A DNA stretch of 28,007 nucleotides from Candidatus Methylomirabilia bacterium (GTDB taxonomy: Bacteria; Methylomirabilota; Methylomirabilia; Rokubacteriales; CSP1-6): the NCBI GenBank assembly GCA_041492755.1, contig JBGPXN010000049.1, forward strand, positions 1-28,007, written 5' to 3'. The position numbers and the translations under genes are program-made. A model generated the notes under the pieces. The model saw nothing but the letters and a program-made list of their open reading frames with translations, was not told the DNA's origin and did no database searches. The first letter of the stretch is position 1; each line of letters begins with the position of its first letter. Positions 17,071 to 25,772 of the stretch are shown here, in pieces.

Positions 17071-18825
17071 TCAGCTGGTCGACTTCGGAGCCCCGTTCGT
17101 GGCCGTGCTGCCGGCCCTGGTGCTTTTCGCTTCCCGCCGATTCCGTTGTTGCTCTTCCTGCTCCTTGCGTAGGTCGGCCAGCGCGTCCTGCATGCGCTGT
17201 ATCCAGCCATCCAGCTCTGCCTGCAGCACCTTCTCGGTGTGCTCCACGAGCTTGTCCAGCTTCTGCGGGTCGGTCTGCTCCGTGGGCGACAGCGCGACCC
17301 ACCACCCGCGAAGGTTTTCGAGATCGGTGGCCGTCTGGTTGTACGTGGTGACGGTGGTATCGACCTGGCGGTAGCCGAGATAGATGGTGATCGCCGTGAC
17401 GATCGCGGTCGCGACGGGAATCAGGATCTCCTGGTCGACGGCGGCCAGTATCGTCGCGGCGCCGCCGATCATCAGGATGAGCAGCTGGAGCCGCTTCCCC
17501 TTCCGCTCGAGCTGAATGATCCGGCGCCGGAAATAGTCGAGCTGGTCGCGGATACGAATGTCGACGTAGCGGTCCGCCGTCAACGCACTGAACCCGTCGT
17601 CCTCGGCGTCGGCGGCGAACATCGGTGGTGGAATCCTCCCGGCATAGCGCGGGACGGCCGCGGCGTTGGCCTCCGTCCGCATCAGCCGCCGCGTGACGTC
17701 TTCGATCCGCTGGGCGAGGACTCCCTCACGGCCAGGGGGATCCCGATACTGGCCGGCGCGAACGCGGTAGCGGAAGATCTCGCGCTTTATCGCCTCCGCC
17801 GCGGCGCGCGTCAGCATCCACTTGTTTCCCGTCTTGAAACGATTGGTGGCGGCGATGAGGATGGAGAGCAGGACCGGGAGGGCGAGGAGCACGTAGTGAA
17901 TCACGCTGCGAGCGGGTGACGCCGTCCCGAACCAGATCTGCTGAGCGATCGCGAGGCTGGTGGCCGACACCCCGAGAGTCAGCATGACGAGCTGGGTGAG
18001 GTTGAACGACTTCTGTTGCCGGCTCGACACGGCGTCGAGGGCAGCGAACCGTTCCCAGGCCAGGCGCAGACTCGCGTCACCTCGCACTGCGCGGATGACC
18101 ATTCTCCGGAAGCTTTCCGGGCTGCCGGTGATGGGGAACAGCTCGAGCTCCCCCTCCGCGAGGATCTCGGAAAGGCAGTCGTCGTCCTCGGCCGCCGACT
18201 GGGCCCCGCAGGCGTCGGCGATTCGATCGGCCGCGCCGCCACTTCCCTCGACGACGATGATTGGCCAGTGCCGCCGCACGCTGTGGACCACCTCGCGGAG
18301 TGTGGCTCGCCCGCCGCCGGCGACGATGGTTACCGCCCGGCCGCCATCCGCGAGCGCGCCGGCAACGTCGTACATGGTGCCGGTCTCGTCGCCCCACTCG
18401 TGTCCGAGCGTGAGGACGAAATGCGAATGATTCGGGTCGAGCGGCGCGCGACCGTCGATCGACTCGTTCCGGGTCGGATCGCGATCGACGCGGCTGGCGG
18501 GCGCGACACCCAGGTGGATGGAGCCCCTCGCGAACTCGGACATCGCATCACCCACGAGTGCGATGACGCCGGCCCGGGTGCCGCCGTCGATCACGACCGC
18601 CTTCGTCTCGACGGCGGCCCGGGCCACACCCCGACCGAAGAGCTGGCGGAGCGCGGGAACGGCGGACTCCTGCAGTGTCGCGGCGCCTCCGATGACCAGA
18701 ATGACCGCCGGCGGCTGCTCCAGGTGCAGCGCCGCGACGAGGTCACGGCCAGTCTGTCCGGCGGATTGCTCGACGATGCGCGCCGGCTGGCTGCTCGCGA
18801 ACTGAACGCCGGCCTCGGCGCTCAT
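17071..18825 (-). CDS. SLOG (TRPM-like, LSDAT) domain fused to two SLATT/DUF4231-type 2TM modules
   Basis: SLOG motifs VILVIGGA, VIDGGT.AGV, LGVAP, LDPNHSHFVL, WGDE and VEGSGGAAD. These are followed by 2TM + W...RAAAEAIKRE.FRY and by Y...RI.DQL.YF + 2TM + Y......L..L..WW. Confidence 0.85.
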   Translation of the reverse strand: MSAEAGVQFASSQPARIVEQSAGQTGRDLVAALHLEQPPAVILVIGGAATLQESAVPALRQLFGRGVARAAVETKAVVIDGGTRAGVIALVGDAMSEFARGSIHLGVAPASRVDRDPTRNESIDGRAPLDPNHSHFVLTLGHEWGDETGTMYDVAGALADGGRAVTIVAGGGRATLREVVHSVRRHWPIIVVEGSGGAADRIADACGAQSAAEDDDCLSEILAEGELELFPITGSPESFRRMVIRAVRGDASLRLAWERFAALDAVSSRQQKSFNLTQLVMLTLGVSATSLAIAQQIWFGTASPARSVIHYVLLALPVLLSILIAATNRFKTGNKWMLTRAAAEAIKREIFRYRVRAGQYRDPPGREGVLAQRIEDVTRRLMRTEANAAAVPRYAGRIPPPMFAADAEDDGFSALTADRYVDIRIRDQLDYFRRRIIQLERKGKRLQLLILMIGGAATILAAVDQEILIPVATAIVTAITIYLGYRQVDTTVTTYNQTATDLENLRGWWVALSPTEQTDPQKLDKLVEHTEKVLQAELDGWIQRMQDALADLRKEQEEQQRNRREAKSTRAGSTATNGAPKSTS

Positions 18826-18939
18826 GTCAACGCTTCTGACGTATCAGGTCAGGGAGGACAGCATGGAGGTGCTGCATCAGCATCGGCCCATACCCCCGTG
18901 ACCGAGCTTTCTAGCACATGACGGTTCAGGGCCACCAGT

Positions 18940-18969
18940 CGGGGAAACCCCGCACCGTGCCGGGCACGG
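18940..18969 (-). terminator. Twin hairpins immediately after the CoA-transferase stop
   Basis: CGGGG-AAA-CCCCG (18940-18952) and CCGTGC-CGG-GCACGG (18955-18969). No long U-tract. Confidence 0.4.
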
Positions 18970-18970
18970 C

Positions 18971-20179
18971 TCAGCCCACGGCGCCGCGCGACTGCAGCTC
19001 GGCCACCTCGTCCTTCGAGAGGCCCAGCACCTCGGCCAGGATTTCGGCGGTGTGCTGCCCGGCCAGTGGCGGCGGCGTGGTGGGCGCCGCGGAGGCGGAC
19101 AGGCGCACGGGGCAGCTCGGCAGGCGGAACTGGCCGCGCGTGGGATGGTCGATGGTGGTGATCGCGCCCCGCGCGTTCAGGTGCGGGTCGTCGAGCACCT
19201 CGCCGGTGTCGAGCACGGCGCCGCAGGGCACGCCGGCCTTGCCGAGGATGGCGAGCACCTCGTGCTTGGTCCGCGCGCTCGTCCACGCGCGAAAGATCTC
19301 GTTGAGCGCGTCGCGGTGCTCCCAGCGCGTCTTGGCGTCCTTGCACCGGGGATCCGTGAGCAGGTCCTCGCGCCCGATGGCGACGGCGAAGGCGCGCCAC
19401 ATCTCCGGGTTGATCGGCTGCACGTAGATGTAGGCGTAGTCATTTGGTCCGCCGGGCGCGCAGGGGTAGGCGCCGCCGGGAATTCCGCCGACCAGCCCGT
19501 TGCCCCGCCGCTCGCTGGGCTTGTTCTCGCGGTAATGGTCGACGAAGCGCCCGCGGAGAAAGTTGGCGACGACCTCCTGCATCGAGACCTCGACGAGCTG
19601 GCCCTGGCCCGTGCGCTGGCGCTGGATGTAGGCGGCGAGGATGGCGCCCGCCGTGTGCACGCCGGTGCCGGTGTCACCGATGGCGGCGCCGCAGCGGATG
19701 GGCTCGCGGTCGGGGAATCCGGTCACGCTCATCACGCCGCCCATGGCCTGGGCGATCATGTCGAAGCTCTTGTACTCGTGGTACGGGCCGGACAGCCCGA
19801 AGCCCTTGATGCGGGCGACGATGATGCGCGGGTTCGTCGCGTGCAGCTGATCGTAGCCGAGCCCCAGGCGCTCCATGAGCCCCGGCGCGAAGTTCTCCAC
19901 CACGACGTCGGCGCGCTCGACCATCTTCAAGAAGAGCGCACGGCCCTCCGCGTTCTTCAGATCGATGGTGACGCTGCGCTTGTTCGCGTTGAAGACCAGG
20001 AAGAACATCGCGTCCAGGCCCGGCACCTCGGGCCGGTTCCGGCGGGACTGCTCGCCCCCGGGCGGCTCGATCTTGAGGACGTCGGCGCCAAGCCAGCCCA
20101 GGAACTGGGTGCACGTCGTGCCCGCTTCGAACTGGGTCAGGTCGAGAATGCGGATTCCGCTGAGCGCGCGATCGGTCAT
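18971..20179 (-). CDS. CaiB/BaiF family (class III) CoA transferase, formyl-CoA transferase-like
   Basis: Motifs LSGIRILDLTQFEAG, LGADVLKIEPP, NANKRSVTIDLK, ADVVVENFAPG, FDMIAQAMGG and PPLAGQHT. Confidence 0.93.
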   Translation of the reverse strand: MTDRALSGIRILDLTQFEAGTTCTQFLGWLGADVLKIEPPGGEQSRRNRPEVPGLDAMFFLVFNANKRSVTIDLKNAEGRALFLKMVERADVVVENFAPGLMERLGLGYDQLHATNPRIIVARIKGFGLSGPYHEYKSFDMIAQAMGGVMSVTGFPDREPIRCGAAIGDTGTGVHTAGAILAAYIQRQRTGQGQLVEVSMQEVVANFLRGRFVDHYRENKPSERRGNGLVGGIPGGAYPCAPGGPNDYAYIYVQPINPEMWRAFAVAIGREDLLTDPRCKDAKTRWEHRDALNEIFRAWTSARTKHEVLAILGKAGVPCGAVLDTGEVLDDPHLNARGAITTIDHPTRGQFRLPSCPVRLSASAAPTTPPPLAGQHTAEILAEVLGLSKDEVAELQSRGAVG

Positions 20180-20183
20180 GGGG

Positions 20184-21374
20184 TCATCCCTTCGGCAGGC
20201 CGAGCACGCGCTCGCCGATGATGTTGCGCTGGATCTCGCTCGTCCCCGCCGAGATCGTGTACTGGCGCGCGGCCAGCACGCGGTTGAACCACCGCGGGGC
20301 GTCGGGGACGATTTCGCTGCCCTGGTTGACCAGCGCGTGCATGCCGAGCAGCTCGCCGGCCGCCTCGGCGATGCGCAGTCCCAGCTCGGAGCCGAACACC
20401 TTGAGCACGGAGCCCTCGGGCCCCGGAGGCTCACCGCGGAGCTGGCGCGTGAGGCTGCGCAGGCGGGTGAGCTTCATCGCCTCGCAGTCGATGGCGAGCT
20501 GGGACAATCGCTGGCGCACGAGGGGATCGTCCCAGGCCGTGTGGCCGTTGCTCGGAAGCCGCCGGGCGACCGCGATGAGGCTCTTCACCTGCCCGATCGG
20601 ATTGCGGGCGCCCGCGGAGTGGCGCTCGTACATCAGCGTCGTCGTCGAGACCGTCCAGCCCTGATCGACCGGCCCCAGGAGGTTCGCCTTGGGAACGAGG
20701 ACGTCCTCGAAGAACACCTCGTTGAAGTGGCGGTGCCCGGTGAGCAGCACCAGCGGTCGCACGGTGATCCCCTTCGTCGCCAGCGGCACCAGGAAGGCGC
20801 TGATCCCCTTGTGCTTGGGTGCGTCGGGATTGGTCCGCGCGAGCACGAGGATCCAGTGCGCGAAGTGCGCGCCCGACGTCCACACCTTCTGGCCGTTGAC
20901 GACGAAATGATCGCCGCGATCGACCGCGCGCGTCTGGAGGCCCGCGAGATCCGAGCCGGCGCCGGGCTCGGAGAAGCCCTGGGCCCACACTTCCTCGCCG
21001 CTGAGGATCGGGAGCAGGTGGCGCCGCTTCTGCTCGTCGGTGCCCCAGTGGATGATGGTGGGCCCCACGAGGCTGAGCCCCATGTTCCCGGGCAGCACCG
21101 GTGCCCGCGCCGTCGCGTACTCCTCGTCCCAGATCACGCGCTCGATGAGGGTCGCGCCGCGGCCGCCGTACTCGGTCGGCCACGAGACCCCCACCCAGCC
21201 CGCGTCGTGCATCGTCTTCTGCCAGGCGCGCCGCCGCTCGAACGTCTCGCGATCGGAGGCGACGCGATCGTCGGCGGGATCGTCGAGGCACAGCTCGGGC
21301 GGCAGGTTCGCGCGGAGCCAGGCGCGAAACTCCTGCCGGAAGGCCTGCTGCGCGGGCGAGTACTCAAAATCCAT
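20184..21374 (-). CDS. Acyl-CoA dehydrogenase family protein
   Basis: Motifs WPTEYGGRG, QGFSEPGAGSDLA, NGQKVWTS, FNEVFFEDV and GTSEIQRNII.ERVLGLP. AAGGAGGA RBS. Confidence 0.95.
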   Translation of the reverse strand: MDFEYSPAQQAFRQEFRAWLRANLPPELCLDDPADDRVASDRETFERRRAWQKTMHDAGWVGVSWPTEYGGRGATLIERVIWDEEYATARAPVLPGNMGLSLVGPTIIHWGTDEQKRRHLLPILSGEEVWAQGFSEPGAGSDLAGLQTRAVDRGDHFVVNGQKVWTSGAHFAHWILVLARTNPDAPKHKGISAFLVPLATKGITVRPLVLLTGHRHFNEVFFEDVLVPKANLLGPVDQGWTVSTTTLMYERHSAGARNPIGQVKSLIAVARRLPSNGHTAWDDPLVRQRLSQLAIDCEAMKLTRLRSLTRQLRGEPPGPEGSVLKVFGSELGLRIAEAAGELLGMHALVNQGSEIVPDAPRWFNRVLAARQYTISAGTSEIQRNIIGERVLGLPKG

Positions 21375-21403
21375 CGACTCGATCCTCCTTCGCGCGATGC
21401 CCG

Positions 21404-21432
21404 AGGCTAGGAGGCTGCGCCGACCGTGTCAA
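21404..21432 (-). promoter_or_regulatory. Sigma70-type promoter for the acyl-CoA dehydrogenase/CoA-transferase operon
   Basis: On the minus strand, TTGACA (21432-21427), a 17-nt spacer and TAGCCT (21409-21404), followed by the RBS and the ATG at 21374. Confidence 0.7.
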
Positions 21433-21465
21433 GCCGGCCGAAACAGCAGGCCGAGCGTGTCGGCA

Positions 21466-21489
21466 AAGTAGTCAATATTGAGCCTACTT
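21466..21489. promoter_or_regulatory. AT-rich imperfect palindrome, putative operator
   Basis: AAGTAG-TCAATATTGA-GC-CTACTT: a perfect 10-bp core plus 6-bp outer arms with a 2-nt offset. Confidence 0.45.
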
Positions 21490-21537
21490 ACAAAACCGCG
21501 TGTTTCGAGCAAATCCGTGTGGCAATATGAGCCAGTC

Positions 21538-21741
21538 ATGCGGGTTGGACGACCAGCAAGAGGAGCTAAGGGCGGGCGGGCGCGGAAACCTTCGCCTGTT
21601 GCGAAGAAGAGCGCCAGCAAAAATGGCTCGTATTCTCCAAAGCAGGACGACTACTACGAGCGCACGATCCTGCGTCCCGCCGGTCGCCTGATAGATCTGA
21701 TTCGTGCCGACGAAAAGAGCTTGAAGTCAGCTACCGGCTAG
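21538..21741 (+). CDS. Small basic hypothetical protein
   Basis: 67-aa ORF with a K/R-rich N-half and an amphipathic C-half. No recognised motif and no clear RBS. Confidence 0.3.
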   Translation: MRVGRPARGAKGGRARKPSPVAKKSASKNGSYSPKQDDYYERTILRPAGRLIDLIRADEKSLKSATG

Positions 21742-21912
21742 TCGTCGAAATTCCGCCTCCGTAATTCCCAGCGCCTCGGCCCACTCTCTCGCAATCTCGG
21801 CGCGCTCACGCCTCCCGGAACCCGCCACCAAGGCGTTGACCACCTCTCGCGTCGTCCGTCCCCCCGCCATCGTGCTCGCGCGTTTCGCGCTGATCGACCA
21901 CCCGCCGCTCAT
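21727..21912 (-). CDS. Small hypothetical protein with HTH-like C-terminus
   Basis: TTREVVNALV...RAEIAREWAEALGITEAEFRRLA looks like a helical, HTH-like segment. The start overlaps the stop of a 6-codon upstream ORF. Confidence 0.4.
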   Translation of the reverse strand: MSGGWSISAKRASTMAGGRTTREVVNALVAGSGRRERAEIAREWAEALGITEAEFRRLAGS

Positions 21913-22138
21913 GTGATCCGCACTGTCATGGTCGTTCGCCTCCGGAGATTGCCTTCAGCCGCGGGACTGGAGTAGCCCTCGTGGCGTGCTTCGATTGCGT
22001 CGAAGCCGAAAAGCCGTAACGCTGTCATCGCGTATCCTGTCAATCGGCTGAACGGACAGTCGGTCAGGAACGTCGCGGGGTGAGTGAGCCGGCGCTCGGG
22101 CTACACTACGGCGCCGATTCGCCGCCAAGGAGGCCGCC

Positions 22139-22561
22139 ATGGGATACCGGATCAATCACATCCACCTGAAGTCGCCGGACCCGCGCAAGACCGCGGAGTG
22201 GTACGTCACGGCGTTCGATTTCCAGATCGCCAGCGACGAGACACGCGTGTTCGGCGACCGCTTCGTCCGCTGCAAGAGCGCGGACGGCGGGATCGCGGTC
22301 AACATCTCGGGCGCCAGGACCAACGAGAAGCTCGGCAACGGCGACGCCTCGCCGCACCACGGGCTCGAGCACTTTGGCTTCGACTCCACCGACATCGAAG
22401 CGGACATCTCCCGGCTCACCGGGCTCGGCGCCAAGCTACTCGAGGGACCGACGCAGCTCCCCAACGGGGCCCGCATCGCGTTCCTGCAGGGACCGGACGA
22501 CACGCGGCTGGAGCTGGTGGAGGCGCGCAAGATCGGGGGCGGCTCGGGCGACTGCTGCTGA
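22139..22561 (+). CDS. VOC (glyoxalase/bleomycin resistance) family protein
   Basis: Motifs INHIHL.S.DP, GLEHFGF and AFLQGPD..RLELVE. AAGGAGG RBS. Confidence 0.92.
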   Translation: MGYRINHIHLKSPDPRKTAEWYVTAFDFQIASDETRVFGDRFVRCKSADGGIAVNISGARTNEKLGNGDASPHHGLEHFGFDSTDIEADISRLTGLGAKLLEGPTQLPNGARIAFLQGPDDTRLELVEARKIGGGSGDCC

Positions 22562-23094
22562 GCGACGTCCGCCTTCGCGAGCCAGCAGTAGAGCTGATGC
22601 CAGAAGAGCCAGGAGGCGACGGGTTCGGGAGACGGTCGCGCGGTGGCCGTCGATATCGATGCCCGAATGGCTGCCGATGTAGACGTCCTCGGCATAGGCC
22701 GGGCTGGTGTGCATGCCGACCTTCCCGTTGACGATGACGCCGCCGTCGCCTGTGCTGACGAGCCGGAGCGCCGTCCGGTCGCGCGGATCTTCACGCATGC
22801 GCGCGCCGATGGTGGCGGCGCCGGCCGAGAAGGTGAGGAAGCGGCCGGTGCGAGCGATCAGCATCGATGACGCCCAGCGCGATGAGATTGCCGTACGCAG
22901 TAGAACCGGCCCATCCCGCGGAGGTCCTCCGGGCCCTTGGGCAGGATGAACGCCCAGGGGACGCGGTGGCCGTTGGCGTCGGCCGGTGTCAGCACGACGT
23001 CCTCGATCGGCCCTTCGCCCAGCACCCACACCTTGCGCCCAGCGCGCAGCGCGTCTCGGTATTCGGTGCCGGTCCGCATCGTCGTTGCCGTCAT
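22562..23094 (-). pseudogene. Fragmented 4-hydroxyphenylacetate 3-hydroxylase (HpaB)-family gene
   Basis: The N-terminus MRTGTEYRDALRAGRKVWV.GE..IEDV is typical of the family. Further blocks (LRLVSTGDGGVIVNGK..HT; WLFWHQLYCWLAKAD) lie in different frames. Only ~530 bp remain, against ~1.45 kb for an intact gene. Confidence 0.75.
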
Positions 23095-23113
23095 CGTGGA
23101 ATAGCCGCGGCCA

Positions 23114-24184
23114 TCAGGCCTGCTCCGGCGGGATGTCCGGGTCGACGAGAAATGCTTCGGGCGCGATGGAGACGCTCACCACCTCACCGGGCGCCAGCGT
23201 CACCGTGCCCCGGACGGTCGCGAGCAGCCGCTGGCCGCCGGGCAGCTCGAGCCGAACCTCGCTGTGGTCGCCGAGGTACATGAGTCCGGTCACCGACGCC
23301 GACACCACGTTCCCGCCCCGGACCCCCAGGGCCACGTCTTCCGGCCGGACCAGCAACACCACCGCCTGCCCCGGCTCGAGCGGCTCCCCGACGTCGACCG
23401 TGAATCGTACGCCGCCCGCGACCTCGACGGTTTGGGGGTCGACGGCCCGGCCTTCGAGCGCGGTGGACGCGCCGATGAAGTCGGCGACGAAGCGGGAAGC
23501 CGGACGTTCGTAGATCTCGCGAGGCGTTCCCAGTTGTTCGAGCCGCCCCTGGTTCATGACGGCGATTCGATCGGACAGCGCGAGCGCCTCGTGCTGGTCG
23601 TGGGTGACGAAGATCGTCGTGACGCCGACCGTGCGCTGGATGTCCAGCAGCTCCGCGCGCATCTCCTCCCGCAGCTTCTTGTCGAGGGCGGCGAGCGGCT
23701 CGTCGAGCAGGAGCACGCGCGGCCGGATCACGAGCGCGCGGGCCAGGGCGACCCGCTGCTGCATGCCGCCCGAAAGCTGGTGCGGGCGCTGGTCGCCGGC
23801 GCCGGACAGCCGCACGAGCGCCAGCGCTTTTGCCACGCGCTCCGCCGCCTCGCGCCGGCCCACGGAGCGCTCCCGGAGGCCGAAGGCGACGTTCTCGGCC
23901 ACCGTCATGTGGGGGAAGAGCGCGTACGACTGGAAGACCACGCCCAGGCCGCGCCGGTACGCCGGCTCGCCGGTCACGTCGGTGCCGTCGATCAGCACGC
24001 GGCCGGCGTCGGGGTGGACGAACCCGGCGACGACGTTGAGGGTCGTCGTCTTGCCGCAGCCCGAGGGGCCGAGGAGCGAGAGCAACTCGCCCTCGTCCAC
24101 GGCGAGGTCGACCGCGTCGAGGGCGCGCACGGCGCCGTAGGACTTCGCCACGCCTTCGAGGGCCACCACGGTGTGCGTCGTCAC
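23114..24184 (-). CDS. ABC transporter ATP-binding protein (PotA-like)
   Basis: Motifs GPSGCGKT, VFQSYALFPHMTV, LSGGMQQRVALAR and LLLDEP, with a TOBE-like C-terminus. The GTG start overlaps the permease stop (GTGA). Confidence 0.93.
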   Translation of the reverse strand: MTTHTVVALEGVAKSYGAVRALDAVDLAVDEGELLSLLGPSGCGKTTTLNVVAGFVHPDAGRVLIDGTDVTGEPAYRRGLGVVFQSYALFPHMTVAENVAFGLRERSVGRREAAERVAKALALVRLSGAGDQRPHQLSGGMQQRVALARALVIRPRVLLLDEPLAALDKKLREEMRAELLDIQRTVGVTTIFVTHDQHEALALSDRIAVMNQGRLEQLGTPREIYERPASRFVADFIGASTALEGRAVDPQTVEVAGGVRFTVDVGEPLEPGQAVVLLVRPEDVALGVRGGNVVSASVTGLMYLGDHSEVRLELPGGQRLLATVRGTVTLAPGEVVSVSIAPEAFLVDPDIPPEQA

Positions 24185-24966
24185 CGGTGGTCCCCGATCG
24201 AAAAGACGCGGGCCAGGTCGAGGAAGCGGTCGGCGATGGCCACGGCGGCCACGGTGGCCGCGATGAACAGCGTGGACAGGGCGGCCATCGTCGGGTCCGT
24301 GTAGTTCACGACGTAGGTGAACATCGCCACGGGCAGGATCTCGGTGACCCGCGTCGTGATGAAGAGCGAGACCGCGAACTCGTTCACGGACACGATCATC
24401 GCGAAGAGGCCGGCGGCGAAGAGCCCCGGGCGCAGGAGCGGCAGGGTGACGCGCCGGAACACGCGCCACGGGCTGGCGCCGAGGCTCGTCGCCGCCCGCT
24501 CGAGCATCGGATCGAGGTTGGCGACGCTCACCGTCACCGAGCGGATGACGAACGGCAGCACCAGCACGACGTGGGCGACGATCAGCACCCAGCGGCTCTG
24601 GAGGAGTCCGAGGGCGGCGGCCAGGATCAGGAAACCGAGGCCGGCCGCCACGCCGGGAATGACGAGCGGCGAGAGCAGCGCCGCACTCCAGAAGGCGACC
24701 AGGGGCAGCCGGTGCCGGACCAGGGCGAGCGCCGCCAGCGTTCCGAGCGGCAGCGCGATCAGCACGCTGGCACCGGTGACGATCGCGCTATTGACGGCAG
24801 CGCGACGGAACTGCGGGTAGGTGAGCGCGTTCACGTACCAGCGGAGCGAGACGCCGTCGGGCGGGAAGGCGAGGATCGCCGTGGGATTGAACGACGCCAC
24901 CACGACTACCACGGTCGGCAGCGTCATGAACGCGAGCAGCAGGACGACCACGGCGCGCGCGATCAC
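24181..24966 (-). CDS. ABC transporter permease (PotC-like)
   Basis: Motifs FPPDGVSLRWY and the EAA-type loop LERAATSLGASPWRVFRRVTLP. GTGA overlap with the upstream gene. Confidence 0.9.
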   Translation of the reverse strand: MIARAVVVLLLAFMTLPTVVVVVASFNPTAILAFPPDGVSLRWYVNALTYPQFRRAAVNSAIVTGASVLIALPLGTLAALALVRHRLPLVAFWSAALLSPLVIPGVAAGLGFLILAAALGLLQSRWVLIVAHVVLVLPFVIRSVTVSVANLDPMLERAATSLGASPWRVFRRVTLPLLRPGLFAAGLFAMIVSVNEFAVSLFITTRVTEILPVAMFTYVVNYTDPTMAALSTLFIAATVAAVAIADRFLDLARVFSIGDHR

Positions 24967-25772
24967 GACGGGCTTCGGGCCAGGACCCGACTGACGACGG
25001 CGAGGAGCAGGAGCGTGAGGATCAGCGCCACCACCGCGAAGGCGGCGCTGCCCGGCCAGTTGAACGAGTCGAGGGCGAGATCCTTCACGACGTTGGCAAT
25101 CATCTTCACCTTGCCGCCGCCGAGCAGCTCCGGGGTGGGAAAGGCGCTGAAGGTCCACGCGAAGACGACGAGCGCGCCCGAGGCCACGCCGGGCATCGAC
25201 AGCGGAAGCGTGACCCGCCAGAACGTCCGCGCCGGCGTCGCCCCCAGGCTCTCGGCCGCCCGCTCGTAGGCGGGGTCGATGTGGCTGATGGCGGCGGCCA
25301 GGATCAGGATCATGGCCGGCATCGAGAAGTGCACGAGCCCGATGAGCACGCCCGACGGCTCGAACAACAGCTTCACCGGCCACTTCACGAACGAGGTGCC
25401 GAGAATCAGCGTCCACGCGTACGTGCGCACGATGGCGCCCGTGAAGAACGGCGCGAGGGTCAGGACGAGGAGAAGCGAGCGCAGGTGCCGGGAACGCGCC
25501 CGCGCCAGCGTGTAGGCAATCGGATAGGACGCGACCAGCGTCAGCGCGGTGGTGGCGACGCTGAAGAGCACGGTGTCCCAGATGTAGCGCAGGTACTGCG
25601 GGCCGAGGACCTGCCGGAAGTTCCGACCCGTGAGCCCGCCGGTTTGCAGCGAGCCCGGGATGAACTCGAGCACGCTGAACCGAAAGAGCGCGCCGAGGGC
25701 CACCGCGAACACGGCCAGCGCGGCCAGCGACGGCGCCAGCAGCACGAGCCCACGAGCGGCCGAGGCCGTCAA
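24963..25772 (-). CDS. ABC transporter permease (PotB-like)
   Basis: Motifs SYPIAY, IVRTYAW, YERAAESLGA...FWRVTLP and P.LLGG. The probable TTG start overlaps the xdh stop. Confidence 0.88.
   Translation of the reverse strand: MTASAARGLVLLAPSLAALAVFAVALGALFRFSVLEFIPGSLQTGGLTGRNFRQVLGPQYLRYIWDTVLFSVATTALTLVASYPIAYTLARARSRHLRSLLLVLTLAPFFTGAIVRTYAWTLILGTSFVKWPVKLLFEPSGVLIGLVHFSMPAMILILAAAISHIDPAYERAAESLGATPARTFWRVTLPLSMPGVASGALVVFAWTFSAFPTPELLGGGKVKMIANVVKDLALDSFNWPGSAAFAVVALILTLLLLAVVSRVLARSPS

Noticed and set aside
14357..18970. Mobile-element boundaries around the cassette
   Set aside because: No integrase, transposase, tRNA, terminal inverted repeats or target duplications were visible.
21909..21929. 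Possible selenocysteine readthrough of the TGA after MTVRIT
   Set aside because: The readthrough frame gives no recognisable protein, and no convincing SECIS-like hairpin follows.
21930..22100. Known riboswitch or ncRNA in the intergenic region
   Set aside because: Only one short hairpin is present, with no consensus of a family I recognise. An Infernal scan would be needed.
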